The notes under the pieces were generated by a model. The model was not told where the DNA came from. It was given only the letters and a program-made list of their open reading frames with translations, and ran no database searches. Positions 37,035 through 48,140 of a stretch of 64,000 nt of DNA are shown in pieces. Both the position numbers and the translations under genes were made by a program. The stretch's first letter is position 1, and each line of letters opens with the position of its first letter. The stretch is from contig CM119379.1 in the NCBI GenBank assembly GCA_051294905.1, positions 16,492,001-16,556,000 of the forward strand. Direction: 5' to 3'. The DNA comes from Botryllus schlosseri. Lineage: Eukaryota.

Positions 37035-38465
37035 TCACTCCGTCTTCTTCTCCATTTCCAACCCTTGATCCATTCCGGGGTCCAGCAATGGATCGTGGAC
37101 TTCCTCATCCATTTTCACCGCCTTACCACCGCCGTCACTTTTTACCGCCTCTTCCTGCTCTCTCAACTCCTCCTTCATGTCCTCCAACTCCTCCTCGTGC
37201 TCGTCCGCGTCCACTTTCAAATCATCCAACGCCCCTTCCTCGTCGGCAATCTCCTGCTTCTTGTCCTCGATACTATCCACCTCGTCTTCCGACGGGCTAG
37301 GACCAAGCTTACCTTCGCGCTCCGCAACCTCTTTCTTCATCACGTCAATAGAAGCCGACTTGTTCTTGATTTGCTCTAGCTTGTCCGCAAGCTCCTTTTC
37401 GTGATCCGCAATCATTTGCCGAAACTCCTCCAGTTCCTCCGCAGTGTAAACCTCTTCCTCTTCAATCATCTCGTCGACTGATTTGTAAGAGTCCGCGTCC
37501 GGATTGCGGAAGTCGTCAGTCTTTGTGTACTGCAAAAATTCATCTATAGTGACCAACCCGTCTCCGTCCTTGTCTACTTCTTTCGTGACGTGCTCGCGCA
37601 TTCTCCGTTGCTCTTCGTCTCTCTCGACCATGTCGTCTTCTGGGTTTTTGACATCGTACACCTTTCCGAGCTCTCGGTCGAACAGAGACTCGAGCTCAGC
37701 CTGGTCGAGGGTTCCATCTCCGTTCACGTCGTGGAGCATGAAGAACGTTTTGGGATCGAATTCTTCTTCCGTAAGACCATCTTTTTCTTTCCACACTTCG
37801 TCAAGCTGGGCTTTGCTGCCGGGATGGTTGACTTTCGGGTGGTCGTTATGCTTCTGTCTCATCTCCTCATATGCCTTTTTTTCTTTCTCTTTCTCTGCGT
37901 CGCTCATTTGCTCCAATTTCGCGTCGCGCTTTATTTCTTTCACCATCTCGTACTGCTTGAAATCTGCGTGCCGCTTTGTGTCGTAGTTTTCCAAGTCTTC
38001 GGTGGCCGCTTTGATGAGGTTGGTCAAGTCTTGCGGTCCGAAAGAATGCGGGTTAGCGCTGTCCAAGTGTTGCGCGATATTTTTCAGGTAGCTCCCCGGC
38101 TTAATTCCTTTCTCGGCGTCCATCTTGGCGCGCAGCACCCTACGTAGGCGCGACAGCTCCTCCTTTTTCAAAGCGTCTAATTTTTCACGGATTTCGCCCG
38201 GTATTTTCTGCACCTCGCCGCTCAGTTTTCCGTTTTTGATATCGTCGAAATCCGCTTTTTCCATCGCATTACGAAAATCTTCATCGCTCTCCAGCAATTT
38301 CACCACCTCCTGGAGGTACTGCTCGTAATAAAGTCCGAAAGATGTCTCTTGTGATTCTTCTTCGGGGGAAGGTGCTAGCGTTGTCTTTGTCGGGGCAGGC
38401 GGACCTTCTATGGAACAGACCGAAATGAGGAGTAAAATGGATCCAGTTAAATATCCTCGATGCAT
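37035..38465 (-). CDS. NUCB2: Nucleobindin (NUCB1/NUCB2 ortholog), intronless, 476 aa
   Basis: Signal peptide, GLYYEQYLQEVVKLLESDEDFR, HPKVNHPGSKAQLDEVW, two EF-hands (DVNGDGTLDQAE, DKDGDGLVTIDE) and an acidic coiled-coil tail. Confidence 0.94.
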   Translation of the reverse strand: MHRGYLTGSILLLISVCSIEGPPAPTKTTLAPSPEEESQETSFGLYYEQYLQEVVKLLESDEDFRNAMEKADFDDIKNGKLSGEVQKIPGEIREKLDALKKEELSRLRRVLRAKMDAEKGIKPGSYLKNIAQHLDSANPHSFGPQDLTNLIKAATEDLENYDTKRHADFKQYEMVKEIKRDAKLEQMSDAEKEKEKKAYEEMRQKHNDHPKVNHPGSKAQLDEVWKEKDGLTEEEFDPKTFFMLHDVNGDGTLDQAELESLFDRELGKVYDVKNPEDDMVERDEEQRRMREHVTKEVDKDGDGLVTIDEFLQYTKTDDFRNPDADSYKSVDEMIEEEEVYTAEELEEFRQMIADHEKELADKLEQIKNKSASIDVMKKEVAEREGKLGPSPSEDEVDSIEDKKQEIADEEGALDDLKVDADEHEEELEDMKEELREQEEAVKSDGGGKAVKMDEEVHDPLLDPGMDQGLEMEKKTE

Positions 38466-39541
38466 AGCTGCCAGTAATTACTACAAAATGATATAGATCT
38501 ATGAAAATTAAAGAAGTTCATCGTTAAAGAAAAATGTATGATTGGATGCATCTCATTCTCAGTACAAAAACTAGACAAACGGTCGATATATTCGTTCATT
38601 TTTTATTCCAAGGGCCAGTATTTTATCCACAAAAACGCAATGGATACATTTATAGACCATAAGCCCTAAAGATGCGACAATAAATCTTTTCGCAAAAAGT
38701 ATCAATATCGCTAGCGACACTCATTAAAAATATTTTGTTTGGTGGGAAATAGCAGTCACCACCAAATTCTGTAGGCCACAGTGCCGCAATAGAAATATTT
38801 TAAAAAACACATGTGCAGTAGGCCTATTGAGTTCCAGAGCAAAAACAGATTGAAATTTAGTACATGTGCATGTATCATTAACTGCAGCACCAAATATGTG
38901 TAACTTCATTAAAAAACTTTGTCAGCAGTACCATATTTACTTATAGAAGTACCTAAACGATTGATTATAACAAACAAACTTATACCCTAAGATGTAATAC
39001 CGGTATTCAAACATTTACTTATAACAGAGCTACGTCGAAAAATTGATACATATTCTCTGAAAATTCAGTGTTCCTATTAATGAGACGCATAACCTCCAGA
39101 CTAGCGAGGTTTACATGAAATAAATGTGTCTCGCACACAACTAATTACGATAGAGTTTATTTCGATATATTTCATCTTCATACTTGTGGAACGATTGTTG
39201 AACCATGACAATCTTAGAAGCAGCCATAAACTCTATAACAACTATAAATTCATTACGAATTGCTAAATTGTAGATGCACAAGTTGGAGCAATCGCAAAAT
39301 GTCCAACTTGCATATCAGAAATGCTCGGGTTGTCGATCGAAAGCGGAGCTTATCAAATAATGGAGATTTCATGTTACTGTTCTGCAAATATGCATAGCTG
39401 AACGAGTGTAGTGTGCAAAGCAATTAGACAATATTGCCAGCCAAAATAAGTGGTGTGTACGTCATAAAACAGTATAAAATTAGACACCGAAAGCGTCACA
39501 CGTCATAATTACAAAACATGGTGCAAGACAGAAAAACGATA

Positions 39542-40600
39542 TTATGATTTAACAGAAACTGCCGGCGGGGCATGTCCATCTGCCGCCTGCCCACCTTTCC
39601 TCAAACGGACAGACATTATTTCCATTGTGGCGAGGCACCTATCGCAGGCCCACAAAGCCAGTTCTTCCGCGCATAAGCACTCGTGGGCAGCTTTCGTCAA
39701 GCCTGTGCAAGGACGATGGTACCAGCTGTTGCAACTCGCCAGGCAGCAAACCGTGTCGTCTAGTGGTTCTTCCAGCTCTTTCGAGCATTTGACGCAAGTT
39801 TGAGGGAGAGTAGGTAGCGCAGCGTGTGGCGGAGCGTTCTTAGTTACGTTTGGTGATGATTTTTCCTGGTTTGCAGGCCAGCTTTCCGTGCGTGTTGGTG
39901 TTTCTGTAGGTTTCACCACCGGGTTCGGCTCCACTTTTGTTTTCTTCGTCTTACTGCCCCATCCGGTCTCGTTCTTGCGAGGTTTTTCAGGTTTCCTAGC
40001 CATCACCTTTTGATACATTCCACCGGCTGGGTGTCCCATTGAGGCAGGTACATTCATGTGGTTTGGGACGTTTGGGTCTGGGTGCATGTGTTCGAAAGGC
40101 GGACCTTCTCTTGGAATATCCGGACCTGGCATTGGAACACCATACGGCGAATGCTTTACTGGTCCAGGTTGACTGTGCATTGGCATTCTGTTGTAGTCTA
40201 TTGGAGGCCCCGGGCATGGATAACCTTGGCCCATAGGAGGCATTGGTTCTCCGTGACCTTGCTGCCAACCTGGCCCTGGACCGACAGGTGGGTGCATCAC
40301 TGGATTTGGTTTCCACCCTGGCGCGTTGTATGGGCCTTTGGCCATATATCCGGGAGACATATTTGGCATGTGCATTGAAGGATTCATCATTCTTGGTGAG
40401 CCTTGCAAATAATTGGGTCCAGGACCGACCATATTGTTAGGAGGGGGGTCGTCAAAAGGATTGGAAGCGAAGAGATGTTTCGCTTTTGGAGTCGGTGGCA
40501 TGAGCACCTCCTCGGTAGATCCACTGGCGGTACGCGAATCTTTAGATGAGCCACGTCTCTTCTTTGTGTCCGAGCCGTCCTTCGAGCTCTTTTTTGGCAT
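39542..40600 (-). CDS. PYGO: Pygopus, coding region intronless, 352 aa
   Basis: KKRR NLS, NPFDD motif (NHD), Pro/Gly/Met-rich linker and a C-terminal PHD (CVKC..CLASCNSWYHRPCTGL..WACDRC). ATG at 40600 follows an acceptor at 40612-40614. Confidence 0.92.
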   Translation of the reverse strand: MPKKSSKDGSDTKKRRGSSKDSRTASGSTEEVLMPPTPKAKHLFASNPFDDPPPNNMVGPGPNYLQGSPRMMNPSMHMPNMSPGYMAKGPYNAPGWKPNPVMHPPVGPGPGWQQGHGEPMPPMGQGYPCPGPPIDYNRMPMHSQPGPVKHSPYGVPMPGPDIPREGPPFEHMHPDPNVPNHMNVPASMGHPAGGMYQKVMARKPEKPRKNETGWGSKTKKTKVEPNPVVKPTETPTRTESWPANQEKSSPNVTKNAPPHAALPTLPQTCVKCSKELEEPLDDTVCCLASCNSWYHRPCTGLTKAAHECLCAEELALWACDRCLATMEIMSVRLRKGGQAADGHAPPAVSVKS

Positions 40601-42418
40601 GGTGTGCAAATCTGTTGACAAAAAATATTTAGTAATAGTGCCACAACAGATTTACACATAGCATGCATTTTAAACATAAGCGCACAATGCGAATATATAT
40701 TTTAAAATGTCCGCATTATACTGCACATTGGAATAGAACAATTAAGAGCAGGCTAGGTACTTCAATAATTATAGGATATAGATTATATAGTATAATGCGA
40801 AATGCTATTTCCAGTACAGCAAAATATAGGGCCACCGGATAACTATAATTATTTGTAGACAAGACACACTTCAAATTTTTGGTCAGCACTGGACAAAAGG
40901 TTATTTATGTATTAGAATGTGTAGTTAAGTCAAAATCTATAGTTGAATAATTATGTTATTTTGTATTATGTAGCCTATTATTATTGCAGTATGCAATACC
41001 TAGTATCTAGTCTACTCACTTGAGAATTCTTTTCTTGTAATCAGTCTGTGGACAACTCTTCAAGTATTATAAATCCCCATGTAGTCTCTAAACAACTTGC
41101 ACTCGTGTATTTCAACTAAAATGCGATTCCTATTGGCTATTTCAATAACTATATGCACTATACTGGTTACTTTTAATGGATAAAAAGGACATAACATGTA
41201 TGCTACATCTCTAAGCAAAATCCCCAGGGGATTCAACAGGCTTCTATTTGAAATCATGTTTGCTCATTGCAATACTATTCGGCATATTGAGTGTAGTTTC
41301 TTACCCAGACGGCCAGGCCTAATATATTCCTCATTATACCACATGTTACCTGTTACTTGAAAACTCTGAAACGGCGCGATAAAGTCTATAAAGCTACAAC
41401 AAACGTCTCGAAATTAAGTCAATTGAAAAGGAAATCGTGAAACTTAGTTAAATACAATAAAAATTGGCGGCCATATGGCCAATGCACGCACGACACCAAC
41501 CTACGGTACGAAAACTACCGACATGACCAAAACATTGTCTTAGCTGTGCGAACTGCGTATACCTCGGGTATTTACTACGATAACGTAACTTACAGACGAA
41601 CTACCTGCGGTGATGGACATTGGACATTGAAGTCATTGAACACTTGTGGATTCCGAGACAAATACAACATCAACGCTTAATGCGCAGTGCTCCCGGTGAT
41701 CTGTGCAATGTGCACATCGGCTTACTACGGATGATTGCGCGGCACCGGGTTCAAATTAATAATGTTATTGAACTGAGCTGAAAAATGAGGACACGCGTGA
41801 CGCGTCTTGTGAACTTCGAATCGTGTAATGTTCTGTTCCAGCATGAATGAATATGGATACATTGGCAAGCTCTGGTTTGCTGTATATTCATGCAGGCCAG
41901 ATAGTGTTAGCGTTTAATTGTTATTGACCTGGATATGCAGTAATTTAGTGATGCCAATCTATCTATGCTGACAAAAGTTAGACTAGCACTAGCACTTACC
42001 TACGAAAAGTGGGCGAGTGGGACAAATAGCGGTACAATGAATAATACATGGTTGTGGTAATCTAATAGGCGGCCAGAGCGCAAAATTTAATTAAACCGGT
42101 CTCAATCGAAAGATTCACACTGATTCCGAAAATATAAATTGAAATCTGGTCCGGGAACTAGAACCCCCCCCCCAAAAAAAAAAAAAATCGCCCTCAAAGT
42201 TCGAACTTGCCATTGTTCCGAACAGAGACTTATAGACTGGCATACTGCAGAAGTTTCATTATAGTTCTACATTCATTACATGCTCTATTTTGACTACCAG
42301 GTGAAGTTGGCAGTTTTAAATCATTGCAACCTCAATTATAAGATCCATTTGGGACCTTTTCTCATTTATTGTAAATCTGAGATATTCATAGCCTACTGCA
42401 GTCTTCAGTGAAATAAGT

Positions 42419-43609
42419 ATGGATGAAGACAACGAGCAAGCATACAGATGGGAAGGTGGATATAAGAAAACTTGGGAAACATTGAAAGAAGATGAAAGTG
42501 GATCTCTACAAGCCAGCATCGATGAAGAAATCAGAAAGGCAAAGCGTAAGCGTCTATCGGCAAAGAAAAGCAATGTTCGACTTGGTATGATGCGACATTT
42601 GTTCATAATCCTGGATATGTCAGCACCGATGGATGATCACGACTTGAAACCAAACAGGGCGACTTGCTGTTTGAAGATGTTGGAAATATTTGTCGAAGAG
42701 TTTTTCGATCAGAATCCAATCGGTCAACTAGGAGTAGTCACTACAAAGGACAAGCGTGCAGAAATATTGAGTGGTATGTCCGGTAGTTCTCACAAGCACG
42801 TGGACCTGATCAAAAAATGCAAGGAACGGATTATTAAAGAAAATGGCATTTCGTTAACAGGAGAGCCTTCATTACAGAATTCGTTGGAATTATGCAAACG
42901 TACACTCAAACAGATGCCGAAACATGCAAGCCGTGAGGCTCTGATTATTCTCGGAAGTTTGACTACTTGCGACCCAGGCTCGTTGTACGACACCATAATT
43001 GAATTGAAGAACGAAGGCATACGCTGCAGCGTCATAGGCCTTTCTGCAGAGATACACATATGTACAAAATTAACCAAAGAAACTGGTGGAAGTTACGGCG
43101 TTATCCTGGACGAAAACCATTTCCTTGATTTGTTACGTGATCATATCCCGCCGCCTTCATCAAGTGAACACAGTGAATCGTCTTTGATAAAAATGGGATT
43201 TCCTCAACACACATCATCCAGACAATCCACAAAAGTATCGCTATGCATGACTACTAAGAAATTCACGCTCGGTGGCTATTATTGCCCTCAATGTCATGCT
43301 AAGTACTCAGAACTTCCAGTGCAGTGTGTAACCTGTAGCTTGACACTGGTTTCCGCTCCTCATTTAGCACGGTCCTACCACCACCTGTTCCCGCTACCTA
43401 TATATAATGAGACCAATGACTCAAACATTTCGGCGTGCTTTTCCTGTGCAGTAGCGATACCAACCGACGATTCTGTTCACATATGCTCCATATGTAAGGA
43501 AGGTTTTTGCATAGACTGCAACCTTTACATACGTGACACTTTACATTGTTGCCCAGGTTGTATCAATTCTAGGTCTGAGCTTATGTCAAAGTCGACGGTG
43601 CAGTGCTGA
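42419..43609 (+). CDS. GTF2H2: TFIIH subunit p44, intronless, 396 aa
   Basis: YRWEGGYKKTWE, the vWA motifs GMMRHLFIILDMS and GEPSLQNSL, a C4 finger GYYCPQC and a C-terminal RING-like LHCCPGC. AATAAA at 43612. Confidence 0.96.
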   Translation: MDEDNEQAYRWEGGYKKTWETLKEDESGSLQASIDEEIRKAKRKRLSAKKSNVRLGMMRHLFIILDMSAPMDDHDLKPNRATCCLKMLEIFVEEFFDQNPIGQLGVVTTKDKRAEILSGMSGSSHKHVDLIKKCKERIIKENGISLTGEPSLQNSLELCKRTLKQMPKHASREALIILGSLTTCDPGSLYDTIIELKNEGIRCSVIGLSAEIHICTKLTKETGGSYGVILDENHFLDLLRDHIPPPSSSEHSESSLIKMGFPQHTSSRQSTKVSLCMTTKKFTLGGYYCPQCHAKYSELPVQCVTCSLTLVSAPHLARSYHHLFPLPIYNETNDSNISACFSCAVAIPTDDSVHICSICKEGFCIDCNLYIRDTLHCCPGCINSRSELMSKSTVQC

Positions 43610-43712
43610 TAAATAAATGAGCATACCCTAATATGATCTTTTGACAATTTGGCACGTGGGGTTTTGACCAGGCATATATTCAGATTGAAGATAAATTTGG
43701 CTCGTTAGAGCC

Positions 43713-43990
43713 CAAGATGGCGTGATGGAGCTTCCGGCATCCTGATCGGTAGGTCGTGGGTTCGATCCCCACCAAAGACACAAAAACACTGGTATCCATG
43801 ACTTCCTGCTTGGTGCTCAGCATTACCAGGATAACATGGAGGATGGTGCAAGACTTGGAAAGCTTTACCACCTATTTATGCACCTTCCTTGTACAGCGGC
43901 GCACTCATTATGCTATTACTATTAAGAATACTTCCCGTCTATAAAAGGACCGCCACCTGTCTATGACAGTGACTAACAGTACTAATCAAC
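43713..43990 (+). mobile_element. tRNA-derived SINE between the convergent GTF2H2 and CCDC117-like 3' ends
   Basis: A box TGGCGTGATGG, B box GGTTCGATCCC, core gacttcctgcttggtgctcagcattaccaggataacatggagg. The 3' end is approximate. Confidence 0.8.
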
Positions 43991-44055
43991 TCCTTGTCAT
44001 GAAATTTATTTTATAAAAGAAAATGAAAAAGAAGAAGAAATAACAAATTCACCAT

Positions 44056-47000
44056 TTATATGTCCATGCAAAAATCCATGTCTGAATTTTCAAATAACCT
44101 CTTTTCCCGGTCTGACCCCGTCTTGTCAGTGCTTAATAATCCAACATGCGCAGTTGGATATTGACGTGATGGCAGTGCATTGTTACTTGTGTCCATTACA
44201 TCCATCTGTGATATTGCCTGAAGTTGAGAAGCGTCTTCTTCCTCGATTCTATCCAGTCGAGTTGCCGTATATCTTTGACCGTCATCATCACTGTCACCCG
44301 ACCCATTCGAATCTCTAATTGCGGCAAGGATGTGTCCTAATGAACCGCCTGGTGGCTGCCACAGGACCAACTCTTGACAGGGATTACAAGGCAACCTTGG
44401 AAGGAAATAGATCAGGTAAAATACTGCCAAATACCGAGAAATTGAAAAATAAATGTAATCCGAAATTTCAAAAGCTTAGTAAATACAATATGAGAACAAT
44501 CTGGAGTTAAGTAATTAATGGCTTCGACGTTCGTTTCCCAATACAGAAGACAAGACTTCAATCTCGAACATTTGATTTTATAACTCGGTAATCAGTATTG
44601 GTTCGACTAAATGTCAATAATGGCATGAAAATAAATTTATGAAAGCATCAATGGCCACACTAGATTAATTAGCCCCACTACATAGGCTATATAAATATAT
44701 ATATAAATTGATACTCATTATGGAGTTTAATCGAAAGCAGAATTTTTACTGTACACACTCACTCACCTTTTTGTGCCAAATCTGTAACTTCCAGCGGTTA
44801 ATATTTTTCTGCTTATCTTCCGAATTTCATTCGCGAGTTCAGGAGCCAGCTCAACTGTTGGTACTGGGTCACTAGCTTCTGCGAATGAGTCGATTTCAAT
44901 GCTGAAATCAAAGCAGCAAGACTTGAGTTTCAATCGTTAGGAACTAGCATTCATTTGAATGATTTATGGCTTATACAAATTACTTGCAAATCGAAATTCC
45001 TAATATTCGTAGCAAGATACACAGTTACAAACAAGTAGAGCCTACACCAGTAAACAATAAATCAAAATAAGTTATTTAGCAAAATTCATTGTGACAGTTG
45101 TGATAAGTTCATTTTGAAGAGCTTCTTATAGGTACAGAACTTCAATATACAATTGAATACTGTAGTGTATTCATATTGAAATGAACCCGAATATTTTCGG
45201 CTGTCGGATTTCACCGACGTGGAGCCACTAATGGACTAATGTTTTACTTAATTGGCAAAAAAGTTCTTCATAATTTTATAACTTTTTTTGGGGGGGGGAG
45301 GGAATGTTACTGTGGGCATATCATGTTAATTTTACGGGGTTCAATAATTTAGGGGCCATACTTGTCATTGCTGACCGTCATACATATTGAGGTATTCGAT
45401 TCTGAATCGAGATTTCCAAAGTTCAAATATATCTTTCAATGCTATCACAGAGAATATATACCCGTTCTACGTCAAATTATTGATGATTTGGTACCCTTCA
45501 TTGCACATACGACAATCATGCGGGTTGATCACAGCTTCACAGACGTGTCATTGCCACTAAATTGCGTAAGCTCTGTACTACAGTACACGTTTCGTAAGGA
45601 AAACACACCTGAAAATACCTATCGAAACCATAATTTTCCCTGATATATTTACTCTTAATGTCAAGGAGCTCCTATAAGGTAGGGATAGCATATGTCCTCT
45701 TTTAAGAGGATTTGTCCTCATTTCACGAAAACCGTAATATCCTCCAAGGACGCCCAAATGTCCTCTTTTCCGCAAATCGTCCTCTGTTATTGCAGCGAGT
45801 GTTAGTTGACGATATAAAGACAATCAAAATGGCAATATCGGGAAAACAGACACATGAAAACTGACTTTCTATGCAATTGACCCGAAGGTTGACTAAAAAA
45901 AGGCATAGTTGTAGAAACCTCTTTTTTCAGGCCAAGCTCAGAATAATGACCTTAACCCACGACAGATCATCATTTTTTGTGAAAATCTCCCGTTTAAGTG
46001 TCTGTTGATGTCACTTGTAAAAAGTGTCCTCAAGATATGGTAACCTTACACCAGAGTGGAATTGGTGGCAAACGTCACGCGCAACTTTCCATTCAATTCC
46101 TTAATTATTCTAGGGAAGAAACCCTTCTGTCACGTGCAACTTATTGCCGAAAACAACCACTAATTCCAGTCTGGACCTTACATAACTATCTTCAGTAGGC
46201 TTATACTGGAAAATATCATCTCTTGAAGAGCTCTTTCAATATGAATATGCTATCCATTATCCAATTGTATAATCATCACTTGCGACTCGAATCATTAGAC
46301 TTAACACTTGATCGGGATTCGACTAATCGAATCCTTGTGCCTAGCCCAAATGTAGATAAGTCATTTTGTGTAGCAGTGTGAAGGTATGCCTATTACAACT
46401 ACGGCATCCGTGTGGTCTTAACAGGAAAGGACGTAGTTTATTTTTGTCCTGGATGTTTTTTGCGGCATATACACCGACTCATGATACACATACACACGAT
46501 CTGTGCATATGCATACCATGAGTGCCTGATGTGGATATGCCGCTGGACAAGGAAGTGCAGATATAGCCTTTACAGCTCTTTTCAAGTCATGCACCACCCC
46601 TCCATGCTATCCTAATAATGCATGAGCGCCAAGCAGGGAAGTCATGGATACCAGTGTTACTAATCTGGTCTTTGGTTCGACCCGGCCGAGGATCGAACTC
46701 AAAACCTACCGATCAAGAAGCCGGACGCTTTACCATTACGCTATCTTGTCAGTGTCGGTGTCTAACAGTGCATGTAAGCTGCCAATAGATTCTTATAAAC
46801 CAGTTCATCGATTAGCATTATTCGCACTTAATCACACAGATTGAGAAAAAGGTCATAAGAATCATCTGGAACAGGTGGTAATATGTTAAAGATGGTATAG
46901 GTAGTGATGAGAGCTTAACAAGATCATAATACAGTCAATAAAAATAAATGAGGTCTACCTGTCTTCCAGCTCTTGAAATGTTTTTCTTCTGGTCTTGCCG

Positions 47001-47306
47001 TCCAAGAGAAAATCAGGTTTTTGTACTTCAGCACCGGATGAATGCGTGCTGGTGTTGCACAACGTCAAGTTTCCAAATTCCTCCGCTACTTTTTCTTCAG
47101 TGACATGTACCTTTTTAGGGAAGAAGCTGAAAAGTAAAACTGGTACGTTGGCACAGATAAGAATTCCCTATCATCTGTACATACCTGGGGCTCCCACACC
47201 TGCGTTTCATGGTGGTCCTACGAAAAGGAGATTTGACAGGCTTTATCCAGTTTTCTGATTCCATAGGAGGGCTAGGGGGTGGTCTTTGATAATTATACGG
47301 TCTCAT
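44056..47306 (-). CDS. CCDC117: CCDC117-like protein, 254 aa, four exons
   Basis: Exons 47306-47185, 47126-46959, 44901-44767 and 44395-44056, all joined in phase 2 with GT-AG. Motifs KKVHVTEEKVAEEF, RRKTFQELED, VELAPEL and QELVLWQPP match CCDC117 as recalled (RRKLQEIEDR, MELVLWKP). Minus-strand AATAAA at 44010-44005. Confidence 0.75.
45680..45790 (+). mobile_element. Left end of a hAT-like element related to the 50302 MITE
   Basis: TAGGGATAGCATATGTCCTC followed by repeated tgtcctc motifs. No convincing right end or TSD was found. Confidence 0.4.
46420..46750 (-). mobile_element. tRNA-derived SINE in CCDC117-like intron 2
   Basis: The minus strand reads GATAGCGTAATGGTAAAGCGTCCGGCTTC..GAGTTCGATCCTCGGCCGGG, with the same core and 3' region as 25153-25460. 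Confidence 0.85.
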
Positions 47307-48042
47307 TTTGCCTAATAGGTGAGGGGTTTGTAGAGTGAAGTACGGTATACTGTCGAGTTGGCAGATTTATATTTCAAATTTGACGGAGGATTTCGGGTCG
47401 CCAGGCGTCAACGCACGGCGGCCTTCTAACTTTCCAATAACTTTGATCCAGAGCTATCCTGTTATAGAGAGATAGCTGAAAAATACATATCTTTGATGAA
47501 CACAGAACACTATTTATACATTTACATGTGTCAAATGAAACCAATTGAGTTTTTATTGATACACATTATACAGGATACACACATGTCGAACATTCCAGGG
47601 ATGCCTCGAAACTTGAAGCTAGAAAAAAAACTTGTGAAACCCCGAGTGTTGGAATTAGAAAATTAAACATGGCTTCAGGAGTATGTCGTAAACGGTTTCA
47701 ATCAAAAGTTTCGGTCAAATAAGTGCTGTTATCTCGCTTGTCAGTGCTGCATTAGTTTTCTCACCTAAGATAGTGTATAGACTAATCACTGTAATCAGTT
47801 CAATCAATCAGCGGTACTATGCATCTTAATAAAGACCAAATTATAGCCTCATTCCAAGGATCGTGCCAAGCGACAATACACAAACATTCCCAACTACGTC
47901 CATCACCGGTGAATCTTTTCGAAGACGTGTTCAACCATGGTTCAACTGTTCATTCACAAGATGTGGTTCTAAACTGCGTAATGCAAGCTTTTATCTGGTA
48001 ATCAATAATCATGGGTAAACTGTTCTGTTTAATTCTGCGGGG

Positions 48043-48048
48043 AAAAAA
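48043..48048 (-). terminator. Pol III terminator (T6) of the tRNA-Ile gene
   Basis: TTTTTT on the minus strand 2 nt downstream of the discriminator base. Confidence 0.85.
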
Positions 48049-48050
48049 GG

Positions 48051-48140
48051 TGCTCCAGGTGAGGCTCGAACTCACAACCTCCGCATTACTCCGTGACTGT
48101 CATATAAGTACGGCGCGCTAACCGATTGCGCCACTGGAGC
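48051..48140 (-). tRNA. tRNA-Ile(TAT) with a 16-nt intron
   Basis: The reverse complement folds as a full cloverleaf: GCTCCAG/CTGGAGC acceptor stem, anticodon TAT (48106-48104), intron 48102-48087 after position 37, T arm GTTCGAGCC. Confidence 0.95.

Noticed and set aside
37065-38328. Plus-strand ORFs of up to 185 aa antisense to nucleobindin; likewise 28556-29074 antisense to POLK
   Set aside because: Ser/Phe/Leu-rich mirror translations of Glu/Asp/Lys-rich coding sequence.
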